A DNA stretch of 64,000 nt from Centroscyllium fabricii (GCA_051313645.2 JBNRSN020000003.1:416826001-416890000); one strand, 5' to 3'. Counted from the stretch's first letter, positions 22,953 through 36,560 are shown. Numbers and translations: made by a program. The notes: generated from the letters alone by a model not told the origin.

Positions 22953-24393
22953 GGGCCAGAATTTTGTGTTGACCACAGTAGCTGCACACGCACGGAGGGG
23001 GTCCAAAATGCCCCGTGCGTTAACGGAGATTTCGGATGCTGAGGGAGAAGGGCCCTCAGCATCAAACGCAGGAGTGAGTTGCACCCAGAATGTGGGATCC
23101 AAAAGGGTGATGATTGCTGCGTGATTCTGTGGGCAACGGGCCCACAAGCTGCACGGGAGAAAACCAGTAGTAACTCGTGCGTGAGGGAGAGCAATGCGTT
23201 CTTAAACAAGGTAAGTTACTTTTTTACCTTTAATTTTAAGTTTTAACAGTTTTTGGGAGTAATGTGGCCAGATCGGTATCATTAAATTTGGATGTTAAAG
23301 TTTTTTTTTTTAAATGTTACAAATCCGATTTTCAATTGCTATACCTATTCCAAATCGCTAATTTTTAAAGTTAAAGTTCTGAAATTTTTAACTAATTCAG
23401 TTAAGTTAAAAAACTAAAGGCCCTGTCACACCTAGACGATTTAGCCAGCGTATGCAAATTTGGCTAATACGCTGGTTTACGTCGGATACGTTATGGGGAC
23501 GTTATGCATACGTTAAGAGCACGTTGGCATACGCTGGACATACGTTGTATACGTCGTATAAGTCGTGATTTTTTGTGCATGCACAAAAAATCACGACGTA
23601 TCAATGTAACGATTTATACGTTCCGCATACGCTGGCCATACGTTGTAGGCACGTTAGGCGATCGTTGAACACACATTACATTGCCCCTGTCATGCCCTGT
23701 CTCACCTTGACGATTTAAGCTAGCGTTTTCCAATTTATCAAAATTTATCTAAAACGTCGGCGATACGCTGCCGCGTGCTATGCATACGTTAGACTATCGT
23801 TGGGCATAAGTTGTGAACGCTAAGCATTCGTTGGTATAAGTTATCTGTAAGTTATTGATACGCTCTGTGTACGTTACTAATACGTTATGCATACGTCCAA
23901 TACGTTATGAATACGCTATTATACGCCCAAAACTGAAAAAAAAGGTCAAAAGTTCAGCGTTTTAGCCAAATTTGCATACGCTGGCTAAAACGACTAGGTG
24001 TGACAGGGCCTTAAGAAAAAATCGCTGACTTACCTTCGGTGAAAAGCTGGTCTGGCCGCGCTGCTCACTGCCGAGTCTGAGTGCAGCGCCTCACGTCCCT
24101 GCTCTCCAGAAGGTCCGACTTGGGATCTGTGGCCGTTTTAAAATTTAAATTGGTGATCTGTGGGCGTTTTTTAATTTAAATTGGTGATCTGTGGGCGGGG
24201 CATCACTGCTGCCCACGCACGACGGCAGCACATCACCTGCGCTCCTAGCGTGGCTGGACTGCCACACAGCGCAGGAACGGGGCGGAGCCGAGCTGAAAAT
24301 CTGGGAGCAAAAACTGTGCGAGGTTGGTGCGGTGCGATAGGGATCCGCATGGTCCTAGCGCCCGCACAAACGACAGAGCTTAAATTCTGGCCC
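22953..24393. mobile_element. Non-autonomous TIR element (GGGCCAGAATTT termini; possibly PIF/Harbinger superfamily), copy A, with nested MITE
   Basis: ATC|GGGCCAGAATTT ... AAATTCTGGCCC|ATC; homologous to 43865-44659 (inverted) and 53196-54022. Confidence 0.8.
23418..24011. mobile_element. PIF/Harbinger-type MITE nested in copy A
   Basis: TAA target duplication; 57-bp TIR AGGCCCTGTCACACCTAG...ACGCTG with 3 mismatches; absent from the homologous copy at ~44180. Confidence 0.9.
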
Positions 24394-27093
24394 ATCATCT
24401 TTCAAGGCAATGTGAAATATGAAAAATATAACTCATAACAAATGAAAGGTCATTCTTTTGAGGCATTCTGTAGTACCTTACACTTTAATCATATGCCTAT
24501 TTTATAAAACAAGATTATTGACAACATAAATATTTACTGGATATTGATTTTACAGGACAGAGGGCTCAACAATTTCATTTGTCATGCAAATGCAGCAAAA
24601 TGTTAAACTGAAAGACTTTTTCAGTTGTGAATCAGCTGGTTCTTTTCCAGCAGTGGCATCCTTTTTTTCTGGTCATTTTGGTCTCCTGTGTGTAGTTTAC
24701 TGCAGTTCCTGCACTGATTGACCAGTATCAAACGACGCCAATGCAGTGGTGTATAAACCAATCTCAGTGCGCGCGTCACTTTAAAGATCAACCGCTTCCT
24801 CTATTGGGAGGCCAGATTTCACAGCTGAACTTTATCTTGTTACTCAGCCAGAAGAGTTTCCTGTATTGGTCCATTAAGTAAAGCATGTAGGCTATTAAGA
24901 CCTGAAGCAACAATCAGCAAGGATATCAAATCTGGATTGCAAATTAGCTTGGTCAATCATCAGGTAAAAAAAAAAAACTTTGCTCTGTAAATACATGGGC
25001 AACAGAAAATGAATAGAAGTGTAGATGTTAAATATGCTTTCTTCAAAATCAATTCAGACAGAAGTGTCAACATAAACAAAAAAGTTATAACCTAGGAAAT
25101 GCTTTTCAACAGCAGTAACTTTTATACAGTAATTTAAATCTCCCAAGGGCCTAGACTATGAAACACCATCGAACAGATGCTAAGCCACCGTCTAATATTA
25201 CATGCATCATTCCTGTCAGACAGGAGAACAGCACAAAGAAAAAAAAACAGGAATATTGTTAATTCTAATTTTTGTAAATAAATTAAAAACCACCCAGGAA
25301 TTTTGTGTTTCAAGATGCCTTTAATTGTGCGATTGTATATTATGTATCTTGGCATCAATGCTCTTTTACATAACTGTATAATCTTTAGAAATTCTTCCTC
25401 CTTATTCATGTTAAATGCTATTGCTAATTTTGTTCAGAAATTCCTTACAGTTTTGTGTTGTCCTTCAATTTAAAAAAAGCCTATGAACTTTTTACATGTA
25501 TATTTCTCATGATTTTATTCATACAGTTAAACTTATTTGCTGCAAAGTGTAGATTTAATCATTAAATAACAACTATAGAGGTAAAAAAATAGAAAAATAT
25601 TTTAAAAGTGTCTGAATCTACTTCAATTTAAAACTAACATTGTAATATACTTTAAGAGACACAATGTTGGAATTGTTGGTTATATTATACCTGTTACGCA
25701 AAATGCTCAACTTCCTTTATAATATTCAGCTTTGTTTATTTATATGATTTTCTTGAAAATAAGCAATATAACATTCTAGATTTCAATCAAGTTTTTGGTG
25801 AATTTTTAAGTTGAATGTTTTACTTTTCCAGTTCTAAAATACTTTGTGACAATAGTACATTTATAAAGCACAATTATTTCACAGATTTATTCATTAGAAA
25901 TCACTTATTAAATGTGAAAATGCTTTAAACGTTCCATTTGGGAAAATACAGTTTTAGCAAGTAATTCAAACAGCTAACATCAAGAGTAATGAGGCAAAAC
26001 TCATTACAGCACAGTAAATCAGGTGGTATACCCAATTTAGTGAGGCTGAAAATATCAAACCACAATATAAAAATAAGCTTCTGCACTGGAGGTGAAATCA
26101 GAGAATTCAGGAGTACTGCAGAAGATTGGTTGCTTTTGGTGCTTAAGTGATTTTATAAAAACAAAATATAATCAATTTGGTTTCAGTCTACCAGCCCCAA
26201 TATTGTATTAACGATACAAGTTTGGCGATTGGGTCTTGTGTCAGCACGGAGACTGTCTCAATATGTACAAAAGAGGGCAAAGAAAATGCTATAGAATGCA
26301 AAGCAACATCAATCTTGTGCATGTCTTTAAATGACTTGAACAGTTGTACAGTGACAGAAGATAGCAAAAAGAGTCAGTCACTGCGATGGCTCCATGGCAC
26401 TTGATGTAAGCCAGAAGTTGGCATGGATAGGTGGGCACTTTAAGTACGCACTGTTCTGATCAAAGTAGAGGAGTGTGGGCTGTCACACAAAAAGCAATGG
26501 AAAGTAACACGAGAACTTTAAAAGATTAAATTACAACAACTAAAACACTTGATAAAACTTTGAAGAATACTTCCTTCCTGCAAGTACAAAGACCACAAGA
26601 GACGATTTAAATAGTTTGGGAGCAAAGAAGTTCAGAATATCTTCTGGTGTGGAAGGTGAGAGAGCTAATCTCCTGCTGATGGGAGTAAAACAAACTACAG
26701 GCATGCCAAGAACAAGGGCCTCAAATACAACAGAGTAGATCAACTGACAGCCTACTATGCACATTTCTTAAAAGGATAGCTTCTACTTTTTTCTACCCTG
26801 TTGCCTGGTTGCAATTTCTATTTGTATACAGAGATCAAAATAATGGGAAAGAATCAATTTTTGCTCTGAAACTGGCTATAACAATCTTTTTGTTTTCCAT
26901 AAGCTGATAAATGGAAGGCAGGGAGTAGATGCAGCCAAGTTAATGTTTCCTGGAGCATTTGCCGATAACTGACAGAGTGCAGATAGCTCTCTCACGCATC
27001 TCAGGGGTACAGCAAAAAGGAAATCAGAAAATCTTACAAGTGTTTTATTTTTGCAACACTCCCAAATGTTTGCTAGGGAGAAAAACAAATAAT

Positions 27094-28319
27094 GGCCCGG
27101 GTTTTACAGTCAGCAGCAAAGTGATGGCGCTCGCCGCTGACATCAAAGAAAGCTGCCCACAAAGATCAAGCGATCTCCGTGGCGTTGATTTCACCTCTCC
27201 CGTTAATTTGAATCTGGCGCCAAGTCTAGGGGATCTCCAGCATCCAGCAACAGTGATGTTATCAAGCTGGCTAAGCAGCCAATCACATTGAAGAATTTTT
27301 ACAGATAGCAAACCAGGAAGTAAAAGGCACTGCTTACCCTTCACTTTTAATACACTTTACAAAGAGCAAAATAAATATTGGGACATACACATGGGATTAA
27401 GGTAGAAGCTAGAACATCAAACAAATTTCAAAGAATAAAAAAATTATATTAAAAACCATGTAAATTTTATCATAATGGAAAAATTTAGCATTTCACAAAC
27501 ATAAAATTGGTTTTTCAGGGTCAGAACGGTTGTAAAGCAGTAGTTTTGACTCAGTACGCCGTTAAAAACTCAATTACACCTCACTGAACAAGGCCTTTTA
27601 GGTTTTCTTTTTAACAACAATGTCATTCCTGGGATGGCCGGACTGACATATCAAGAAAGACTGGATCAACTGAACTTGTATCCTCTGGAGTTCAGAAGAA
27701 TGAGGGGGGATCTTATAGAGACGTTTAAAATCCTGATTGGTTTAGACAAGTTAGATGCGGGCAGAATGTTTCCAATGTTAGGGAAGACTAGAACCAGGGG
27801 TCACAGTCTAAGGATAAAGGGGAGGCCATTTAAGACTGAGATGAGGAGGAACTTCTTCACCCAGAGAGTGGTGAATCTGTGGAATTCTCTGCCACAGAAG
27901 GTTGTTGAGGCCAGTTCGCTAAATATATTCAAAAGGGAGTTAGATATAATACTCACAACTAGGGGGATCAAGGGGAATGGCGAGAAAGCAGGAATGGGGT
28001 ACTGAGGTAGCATGTTCAGCCATGAACGCATTAAATGGCGGTGCAGGCTCGAAGGACCGAATGGTCTACTCCTGCACCTATTTTCTATGTTTCTATTAGA
28101 GCGTAAAAGCTCTAGCTCTCATCAGTTCAGTGATTTCAATCGATTGCTCGCTGCGGGGAGGTCAAGAGCGCGCCGTGGGAGGAGCAGGAAATGACCGACA
28201 GCAACTTCTGGATTTCCGCCTTTAACTGCGCATGTGCAGATGCCAGAAGTTGTCAGTTTCACAGTTGCTATGACAGCAAATACCGACAGTTTTGCCATCA
28301 TAACTGCAAATTCCAGACT
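27094..28319. mobile_element. Older TIR element with nested CR1 fragment
   Basis: Imperfect inverted ends GGCCCGGGTTTTACAGT / ACTGCAAATTCCAGAC; GC-rich arms around an AT-rich core. Confidence 0.5.
27622..28096 (+). mobile_element. CR1 LINE 3' fragment
   Basis: GLTYQERLDQLNLYPLEFRRMRGDLIE...WNSLP; TTCTATGTTTCTA tail. Confidence 0.93.
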
Positions 28320-30107
28320 CACATCTCCGTTATTCCCTTTTGTCCACTGCTTAATACACTTTGAGATGTCTTCCTGTATATGATGAGTGCAAAACAACTT
28401 GCATTTATATAGCGCCTTTACATAGAAAAATCCCCAAGGCACACTAGAGATACAAGTTGTTGTTACTTAGAGGCAGTGGGTTACTATCGACAGTTGAAAG
28501 AATCTTAAGATACGTGTATTATGCTAATTTTGTTTAAAAATCTCATTCCTCCCAAAGGCCATTTTTTGGGGGGAAAGTTATGGTTAGAATTGCACATCCT
28601 TAGCCCAGCCTGGGCTGCATTTGATCTCCATTCTGGAATAATATGTAATCATTATATTGAATACTGTTGGTCATAGTGAATCTGAAATCAGCACCTTGAA
28701 ATGCAATATACGCTGAGCATGCCATTTGTGCCAAATCAATGGGAATTTAAACAAAACCTGCTTCAACAGCTTGATTTGATGCTGATGGAAATGCAATTGT
28801 ATATCAGCATAACTTGGCAGCAAACTTAAATCAAACTTCATGTCGAATCACCGATTCCTACATTCCAGCCACTTCATCTGCCTCATTGTTTGACTTTGCA
28901 GAGTGGGCAACATGCATTTTACGTGCCTCAAAAAATCGCGTTGTGGCTTTGCTTTGCTGCGAGCACAACCAGGCCAACAACAATCCACAAATACGGAACC
29001 TTTATCTGGTTATTGGGTCTCAGATTCATTGTTGTATCAGATTTTTACATTAATTTGGAGTCAAGCAGGATTCAAAGTGGATCACTATTTTTAAAATAAA
29101 CATAATGCTATGAAGGGAGTAACTACTTAATATCAACTAAATCACATTTCACTCCACTAAAGTCCAGAATTTTCTTCCAATCCTTTGTAACTTGAGACTG
29201 CCAAACCTGGTTACATCGCTCTAAATTTACTTAGAGAAACACTTGTGCAGACAACATGGTGCAACCACACTTAACTATAGGAAGCGCAGAGAACATATTC
29301 TGGGTTTCAAATTTATAACCAAAACAGCCTTCACCACATGCAGTTTAAGTAGCACAACTGGTAGCACTACCCTGAATTTATGACCAATGACACACACACA
29401 TATTTAATTTGTAACCAAACACTTCCCCTTCCTCTTAGCTCCCTTTAGAACTTTTGATTAACTCATATTTTTCTTAGGTCAGAGGTTAAATAAAGGAAGC
29501 GAAGTGTTCTGTGCTGAAATAGCCCAGAGCACTGCACAGAAAGAGGACTGATGCTACGGACATTAAAAGAATCAAAGCAATAAAGACCTCGGCAATGATT
29601 TCAAGTTCAGAAGTTCAGAAAGCAAGATTAGGCATAAAAGTACCAATAAATACAGCAAAGTGAAAAGGAGAAAAGGTCAGAATGAGATGTGTCACAATAT
29701 TTTGACTTTAACTGTGATGAGTGCACTCGTCACTTAACAGGACAAAATGTCCTTTTCAAAATCTGAGGTGACAATTTTACAGCGATATAGGTCATAAACA
29801 GTCAAATGTAAGGCTAAGACACCATAATATGCCTGGTTGCTTTTCGCCAAGTAGGTTTATTTTTCGCCAAGTAGGTTTGCTTTTCGTGCCTTCAGCATAC
29901 GAGCATATCAGCTCTTCTGCCCAGGGATCACAGTGTGTTGTGCCCATTAGCTCCTGTGTGACTATCTGGTTATTCACTGTTGATAAACAAGACACTAATT
30001 ACCCTACCTTTTACAAGAAAAAAGTAACGCTAGTGACAATTCTACATAATCTACATAACCATCATATGTTTTTAAAATTAAAAAGTGGCTTTAGTTCATT
30101 TAAAATA

Positions 30108-30510
30108 GGGCGGCACTGTGGCATAGTGGTTAGCACTGTTGCCTTACAGCACTAGAGACCCGGGTTCAAATCCAGCCTCGGGTACTATCTGTGTGGAGTT
30201 TGCACATTCTCCCCGTGTCTGCGTGGGTTTCCTCCGGGTGCTCCGGTTTCCTCCCACAGTCCAAAGATGTGCGGGTTAGGTTGATTGGCCAGGATAAATT
30301 GACCCTTAGTTAGGGGGATTGAATATGTGGGGTTACGGGGGATAGGGTGGGATATGTGTCGGTGCAGGCTCGATAGGGATCGAGGGATATGGGGAGAGGG
30401 CAGGGACAAGGTACTGGGTTTGGATGATCAGCCATGATCTCATTGAATGGCAGAGCAGGCTCGAGGAGCCGAATGGCCTACTCCTGCTCCTATCTTCTAT
30501 GTTTCTATGT
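30108..30510 (+). mobile_element. HE1-type V-SINE, full length
   Basis: tRNA head, V-domain, CR1 tail; AAAATA target-site duplication on both sides. Confidence 0.92.
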
Positions 30511-32462
30511 AAAATAATGAGAATTGAACTTTTATTTCTGGGGCGGATAGGGATGTTAATCATGGGCACTGGCATCTACATGGATTCCTTGCCCATTAAA
30601 ATTAGCTATTTGATCAAAAGGTTGTCTACATGACAACAGTCACTGCACTCCAGAAAAAGTAATTCATTTTGTGCTTTTCTTTGAGACATTTCAATGAGGT
30701 GATGAGGCACCAAATAAACTAAGTACTTCTTGCTTAGCACAGAGAGAGAAAGAAAAACGTATACACAGCTTTTATTTTAGAATACAGATGAACCTGAGCG
30801 GGAAGACAACATTTTTTTTTACACAATTGGGAGAACATTTAAACAATTAATTCCTTTCCTGCATCTCTGTCCCTTATTTTTGTTTTCAGAAATATGGAAA
30901 TAGAAATTTAGTAGTAACAGAGTTAAATCCCAGTGTAAATAGGATGTGCTGTAAATATTAAGCTATGAAAACAGATTGCTGTCCTTTTTTGTATACTTTG
31001 CACAAATTTAACACTGCAACTTAAATGCTTTCCATCACAACATACTAAACTGTGAAAACACTAGTTGCAGGTTACTAACCCTACAATAAGACTATTGATT
31101 TAGATTCTAAATTAAGATGTAAAATAAACTCTGCTTTATGTTATAAAAACACATGAACTATAATTATATAACATTAGTGAAAAATAAAAGACTGGCTTAC
31201 TGCTAAGATTTCCTACTCTTCTAAATGGCACAGTAAGACTAATGGTGTAGCCAGAACATAAATGTGTCAGCAACATTTTTAATTGGCTTTTCATGAATGA
31301 CTTTACTGTACTTAAAAGTCTGCTGCTCTCTGATGTTTCGATGTGCTGCGGACTTTATTGTCCTCGCTGCATAAGAAACAGATTTCTACCTAGTCTTAGC
31401 TTCTGTACAAAAATACCGCAATTATTAAAAAATGTTAAATGATTAAGCATAAATGTTATAAGAGGGAAAAACACAAGAGGCAAAAACACAACTTTGTACT
31501 CAAAATTTGGGTTCATAAAATGTTCTCAATCCACTTTTTGTGGAATCTTCTTACAACTGACAGAATTCATTATTAAAATTTCACACCAAATCATCTGAAC
31601 ATAATGCACTGGTGAATTAGCAAGTCACCAACGGCCTTGTGCAAATATTCGCCCATCCATTTAAGAAAAAGGACATCTTCAGATAGATGTTTTAATAAAT
31701 ATATTAAAATTAAATTGATTTTGAATTCAGTTCATCGGCCATATAGATGGAACAAACAACATAACAGCTAGGCATGGAATCTGTGAACTTACGCAACATT
31801 ATTAATAAACTGTAATAAAATATACATGTCACCCAAGGGATTCATTGGTGTCAGTCGTATTTAAAACTTCTGACATGACACTAACCAGACGGATAATATA
31901 CCATAGATCTGAAAGGGTTAAGAAAATCTATGAAGTGATGGCAGCAAAAGTTACAGCTACTCTTCCGCTGCTAGTTCCGAATCATACTGGTTAAAGGCGT
32001 ACAAAGGAAGCCCTTGAAGCAAACACAGCTTTTGAGTCCCTCTTGTCAAAGTTTACAGAAAGCTTAATTGGGAAGTTATAAATTGAGTCTGAAAGCAGAG
32101 CCAGACAGAGAACAGCTCTGCTGTCGACCACAGTGGGACTCTTTGTGGTCACCTGCAACCTCTCACTCAAATATATTGCAGCTGGGAAGTATTTTGGGCA
32201 ATTTCAGACGTAAATTAACATTTTCTACTTATGGTGTACCTTCAAATGCCATTAAATATTACATCAGAAATTGGAGAAAAAAACTGATCAAATGAACACA
32301 ATTGTTAGACCAAGAAAATACCTTGCTAAAAAAATTCTACTGTTCTAGTTTAAATAAGTGTGACCATCTCTTTTTTAGTACGCGTGATTGAACTATATAG
32401 GAACTCTTAGCCATGCGTGTTTTCACTTTAAACATAATTCCTACACTTTTTTTGTGTCTGAT

Positions 32463-32715
32463 TATAGAATCAGAGAATGGTTATAGCACAGGAGACGGCC
32501 ATTCGGCCCATCCAGTCCGTGCCGGCTCTCTGCAAGAGCACTTCAGTCAGTTCCACTCCCCCTTCCTTTCCCCGTAGCCCTGCAGATTTTTTTCCTTCAG
32601 GTGCTGATCCAATTCCCTTTTGAAACCCACGATCGAGTCTGCCTCCTCCACCACCCTGTCAGGCAGTGCATTCTGAATCCCAACCACATGCTGTGTAAAA
32701 AGGTTTTTCCTCATT
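32463..32715 (-). mobile_element. CR1 LINE 3' fragment (different subfamily)
   Basis: ATAGAATCAGAGAATGG...GGCCATTCGGCCC tail in reverse; degenerate FFT-RVVGIWNALP-like region. Confidence 0.75.
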
Positions 32716-32882
32716 TTCTCCAATTTATGATGTATTAATGTACCACTAAACGAAATAATTAAACTAAATCAAAAATTATTGCTCAGTTATGAAAATACCA
32801 AATATTTCATAAATATAATTTCTAAATTGCATTTGTACAAAGATCAGCTTTTTAGAAGTCTCTTAATCCTTATTTTATACTA

Positions 32883-33166
32883 CAGGTTGTGCACCGTTAA
32901 TCCGGCACCCGATAATTCGGCACCTTCAGTGGTCTGGCACGAATCCCGCTGGCTGGCCCACGTGATCCGAGGGACGCTCGCGATGCGCGGGCCTCTCCCC
33001 GACTCGTCTGCGCATGCGCGGTGGTCATTTTGAATGGTCTGCGCATGCGCGGTGGTCATTTTGAATGGTCTGCGCATGCACTCCCCCAACCTTTAGTGGT
33101 TCGGATTTTTCGGTGGTCCGGCACCGGCCTGGTCCCAAGGGTGACGGATTAACGGTACACAACCTG
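32883..33166. mobile_element. Tigger/pogo-like MITE copy 7
   Basis: TA|CAGGTTGTGCACCGTTAATCC ... GGATTAACGGTACACAACCTG|TA. Confidence 0.9.
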
Positions 33167-33472
33167 TATCTGATATTTAATAACATTACATATTACATTG
33201 TATTTACAGCACAGAAACAGACCTTTCAGCCCAGCTGGCCTATGCCGGTGTTTATGTACAACCCCAGCCTCCTCACACCTTACGTCATCTCACCTTATCA
33301 ACAAATCTTTCTATTTCTTTCTCCCTCTTGCGCTTATCTTCCCCTTAAATGCATCTGTGCTACTCGCCTCAGCGACTCCATGTGATAGCAAGTTCGACAT
33401 TCTAACCACTCTCTGAGTAAAGAAATGTCTCCTGAATTGCTTTTTAGATTTATTAGTGACTATCTTATATTT

Positions 33473-33710
33473 GTGTGCGGGTTAGGTTGATTGGCCATGA
33501 TAAATTGACCCTTAGTGTTAGGGGGATTGAATATGTGGGGTTACGGGGATAGGGTGGGATATGTGTCGGTGCGGGATCGAGGGATATGGAGACAAGGCAG
33601 GGGCGGGGTACTGGGTTTGGATGATCAGCCATGATCTCGTTGAATGGCGGAGCAGGCTCGAAGGGCCGAATGGCCTACTCCTGCTCCTATCTTCGATGTT
33701 TCTATGTTTC
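33473..33710 (+). mobile_element. 5'-truncated HE1-type V-SINE
   Basis: Matches 30268-30510; TATTT repeated at both flanks. Confidence 0.85.
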
Positions 33711-34566
33711 TATTTATGGCCCCTAGTTTTGACTCTCACCTCCCCCCCCCCCAAATGGAAACGCCTTCTCAACATCCACCCGAACAAACGCTTTCATAAT
33801 TTTAAAGACCTCTATCAGATCACCTTACAGCCTTCTCTTTTCCACAGAAAGAAAGCCCCAGTCTATTCAGTCTTTTCTGATAGTTATAACCTCTCTGTTC
33901 TGGTATAATTCTTGTAAAAAAAAAAAAAAAATCCACCTTCTTCAGTGCTTCTATATCCTTTTGTAATATGGAGACCAGAACTGAGCACAAGCCTCTGTGT
34001 GGTCTAACCAAGGTTCTACATAAGTCTAACATAACCTCTCGGCTTTTGAATCTTATTCCTCTAGAAATGAACCCCAGCGTTTTGTCTACATTTTTTATGG
34101 CTTTGTTAACCTGCATTGCTACTTTTAATGATTTGTCAATCTGTACCCAGAGGTCCCTTTGCTCCTCCACCCCATTTAAATTCTTATTTTCCAAGGAGTA
34201 GGTGGCCTCCTTATCCCTCCTACCAAAATGTACCTCGCACTTAATTGTACTGAAATTAATTTGCCATTCCCACACTCATTCTGCAAGTTTGTTAATGTCT
34301 TCTTGCATTTTGTCGCAGTCTTCCTCAGTATTAACTATACTTCCCAATTTGGTGTCAGCTGCAAATTTTGATATTGTACTTCCGATTCCCAAGTCCAAAT
34401 CAATTCTGTAAATAGTTAACAACGGTGGTCCCAGCATCGATCCCTGTGGAACCACTTCCCACCAGTCTGTGTAACTACCTTTAACCCCTACTCTCTTTTC
34501 TGTTTTGTAGCCAGCTTGATATCCATTCTGCTACTTGTCCCCTGACTCCACATGCTCTGACCTTAG

Positions 34567-34935
34567 AAACATAGAAGATAGGAGCAGGAGTAGGCCATTC
34601 GGCCCTTCAAGGCCTGCTCCGCCATTCAATGAGATCATGGCTGATCATCCAAACCCAGCACCCCGCCCTTACCCTCTCGCCATACCCATCAACACGTATC
34701 TCACCCTATCCCCGTAACCCCACATACTCAATCCCCCTAACACTAAGGGTCAATTTATCATAGCCAATGAACCTAACCCGCACATCTTTGGACTGTGGGA
34801 GGAAACCGGAGCACCCGGAATAAACCCACGCAGACACGGGGAGAATGTGCAAACTCCACACAGATAGTACCCGAGGCCGGATTTGAACCTGGGTCTCCAG
34901 TGCTGTGAGACAGCAGTGCTAACCACCGTGCCGCC
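34567..34935 (-). mobile_element. HE1-type V-SINE
   Basis: Reverse copy of 30108-30510; TTAG repeated at the flanks. Confidence 0.88.
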
Positions 34936-35603
34936 TTAGTCGAGTCTACTAAGCGGTACCTTATCGAAGGCCTTTTGAAAGTCTGTGTATAGTACAGCCA
35001 CTGCATTACCCTTGTCTACTCTTTCTGTTTCTTCTTCAAAGAATTCAATAAGGTTGGTCAAGCATGATCTTCCCTTTTGAAATCCATGCTGACTATTCTC
35101 AATTATATTTTCGGTTTCTAATAGTTTTTCTATTACATCTTTGAGTAAAGATTCCAAATCGTTCCTGCCACTGACGTGAAGTCAACTGGTCTATAGTTCC
35201 CTAGATTTGTTCCATCTCCATTTTTGAACGTAGGAATAACATTAGTTGTCTGCCAGACCTCTGGCATTATTCCCTTTTCTATTGAATGCTTATACACACA
35301 TTAGTGCTACCTCTTCCTTAGTTTCTTCAGTATGCAAATGAGTAAATGTACAATGATAAGAATTATAATTTTTTTTTCCACAAGTGAAATAAACTGGAAA
35401 ATGTGCCACTAATGGTGCATTATTTAAAATTTGGACAGTTTAGAATAGTTTTGGTGCAATATGGAGTAACATGATAAGGCGTAGCCGGTAAGTATATCTA
35501 TATCTATATCTTTACCTGTATAACTATATATATACTTGTTATAATATAGTAAAGATATAGTAGAGACAGAGTAGTCCAAGTCTACTAGGGATTTAAGAGA
35601 AAA

Positions 35604-36560
35604 ATGGGAGACATAGTGCAGGCCGTCGCAGTCATATGCTCCACCTGCAGCATGTGGGAATTCGGGGACCCAGACGGGGCCCCTGGTGAACACGTGTGCA
35701 GGAGATGCGTCTATCTGCAGCTCTTAGCCGACCGCTTAACGGTGCTAGAGCGGCAGATGGAGTCATTGTGGGGCGTGGGCAACGATGAGCGGGTCGTGGA
35801 TAGCACGTTTGAGAGAGTGGTCACACCAAAGACTAGAATAGACCAGTTAGAAGGAAAATGGTTGACCACCAAGAAGAGTGCCAGAGTGAGGAAGGAAGTG
35901 CAGGGAACCCCTGTGGTCGTCCCCCTGGCAAACAAGTATACCGCTTTGGATACTGTGGAGGGGGACGACCTACCAGGGGAGGGCAGCAGCAGCCTACTTC
36001 CTGGCACTAGGGGTGCTGGGGCTGCCCAGAATGGGAGGGAAACTAGTGTGCCAGCAGTAGTAATAGGGGATTCAATTGTAAGGGGCACAGAGTGGCGGTT
36101 CTGCGGCCGCAGACGTGACACCAGGATGGTTACTTGCCTCCCTGGTGCCAGGGTCCGGGATGTCACGGATCGGCTGCAGGACATCTTGAGGGGGGAAGGG
36201 GACCAGGTAGAAGTTGCGGTCCACATTGGCACTAACGACATAGGAAAAAAGGGGGTCGAGGTCCTGCAAAGAGAATTTAGGGAGCTAGGTAAGAAGCTAA
36301 AAAGCAGGACCCCAAAGGTTGTAATCTCTGGATTACTCCCAGTGCCACGAGCTAGTGAGTATAAGAACCGTAAGATAGAGCAGCTTAATTCGTGGCTAAG
36401 AAGTTGGTGTAGGGGGGAGGGTTTCAGCTTTTTGGATAATTGGTCCCGCTTCTGTGGAAAGTGGAACCTATACATGCCCGACGGATTGCACCTGAACCGG
36501 AAGGGGACCAATATCCTTGCGGGAAGGTTTGCTAGCCGGGTTGGGGTGGGTTTAAACTAA
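35604..36560 (+). CDS. CR1 ORF1: N-terminal CxxC..CxxC zinc finger/coiled coil plus SGNH esterase domain
   Basis: CSTC...CRRC, VIGDSIVR, PGA, HIGTND and DGLHLN motifs; 318 aa. Confidence 0.93.
   Translation: MGDIVQAVAVICSTCSMWEFGDPDGAPGEHVCRRCVYLQLLADRLTVLERQMESLWGVGNDERVVDSTFERVVTPKTRIDQLEGKWLTTKKSARVRKEVQGTPVVVPLANKYTALDTVEGDDLPGEGSSSLLPGTRGAGAAQNGRETSVPAVVIGDSIVRGTEWRFCGRRRDTRMVTCLPGARVRDVTDRLQDILRGEGDQVEVAVHIGTNDIGKKGVEVLQREFRELGKKLKSRTPKVVISGLLPVPRASEYKNRKIEQLNSWLRSWCRGEGFSFLDNWSRFCGKWNLYMPDGLHLNRKGTNILAGRFASRVGVGLN

Larger units (their letters stand above)
33185..35320 (-). mobile_element. Degenerate CR1 LINE fragment (RT region), interrupted by two HE1 SINEs
   Basis: SQHGFQKGRSCLTNLIEFFEE...YTDFQKAFDKVP and WQINFSTIKCEV...LVRPH pieces with frameshifts. 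Confidence 0.85.

Noticed and set aside
24840-24901. Possible alternative terminal exon GLNSLHALLNGPIQETLLAE*
   Set aside because: The open frame needs phase 1 but the intron is phase 2; no recognisable homology.
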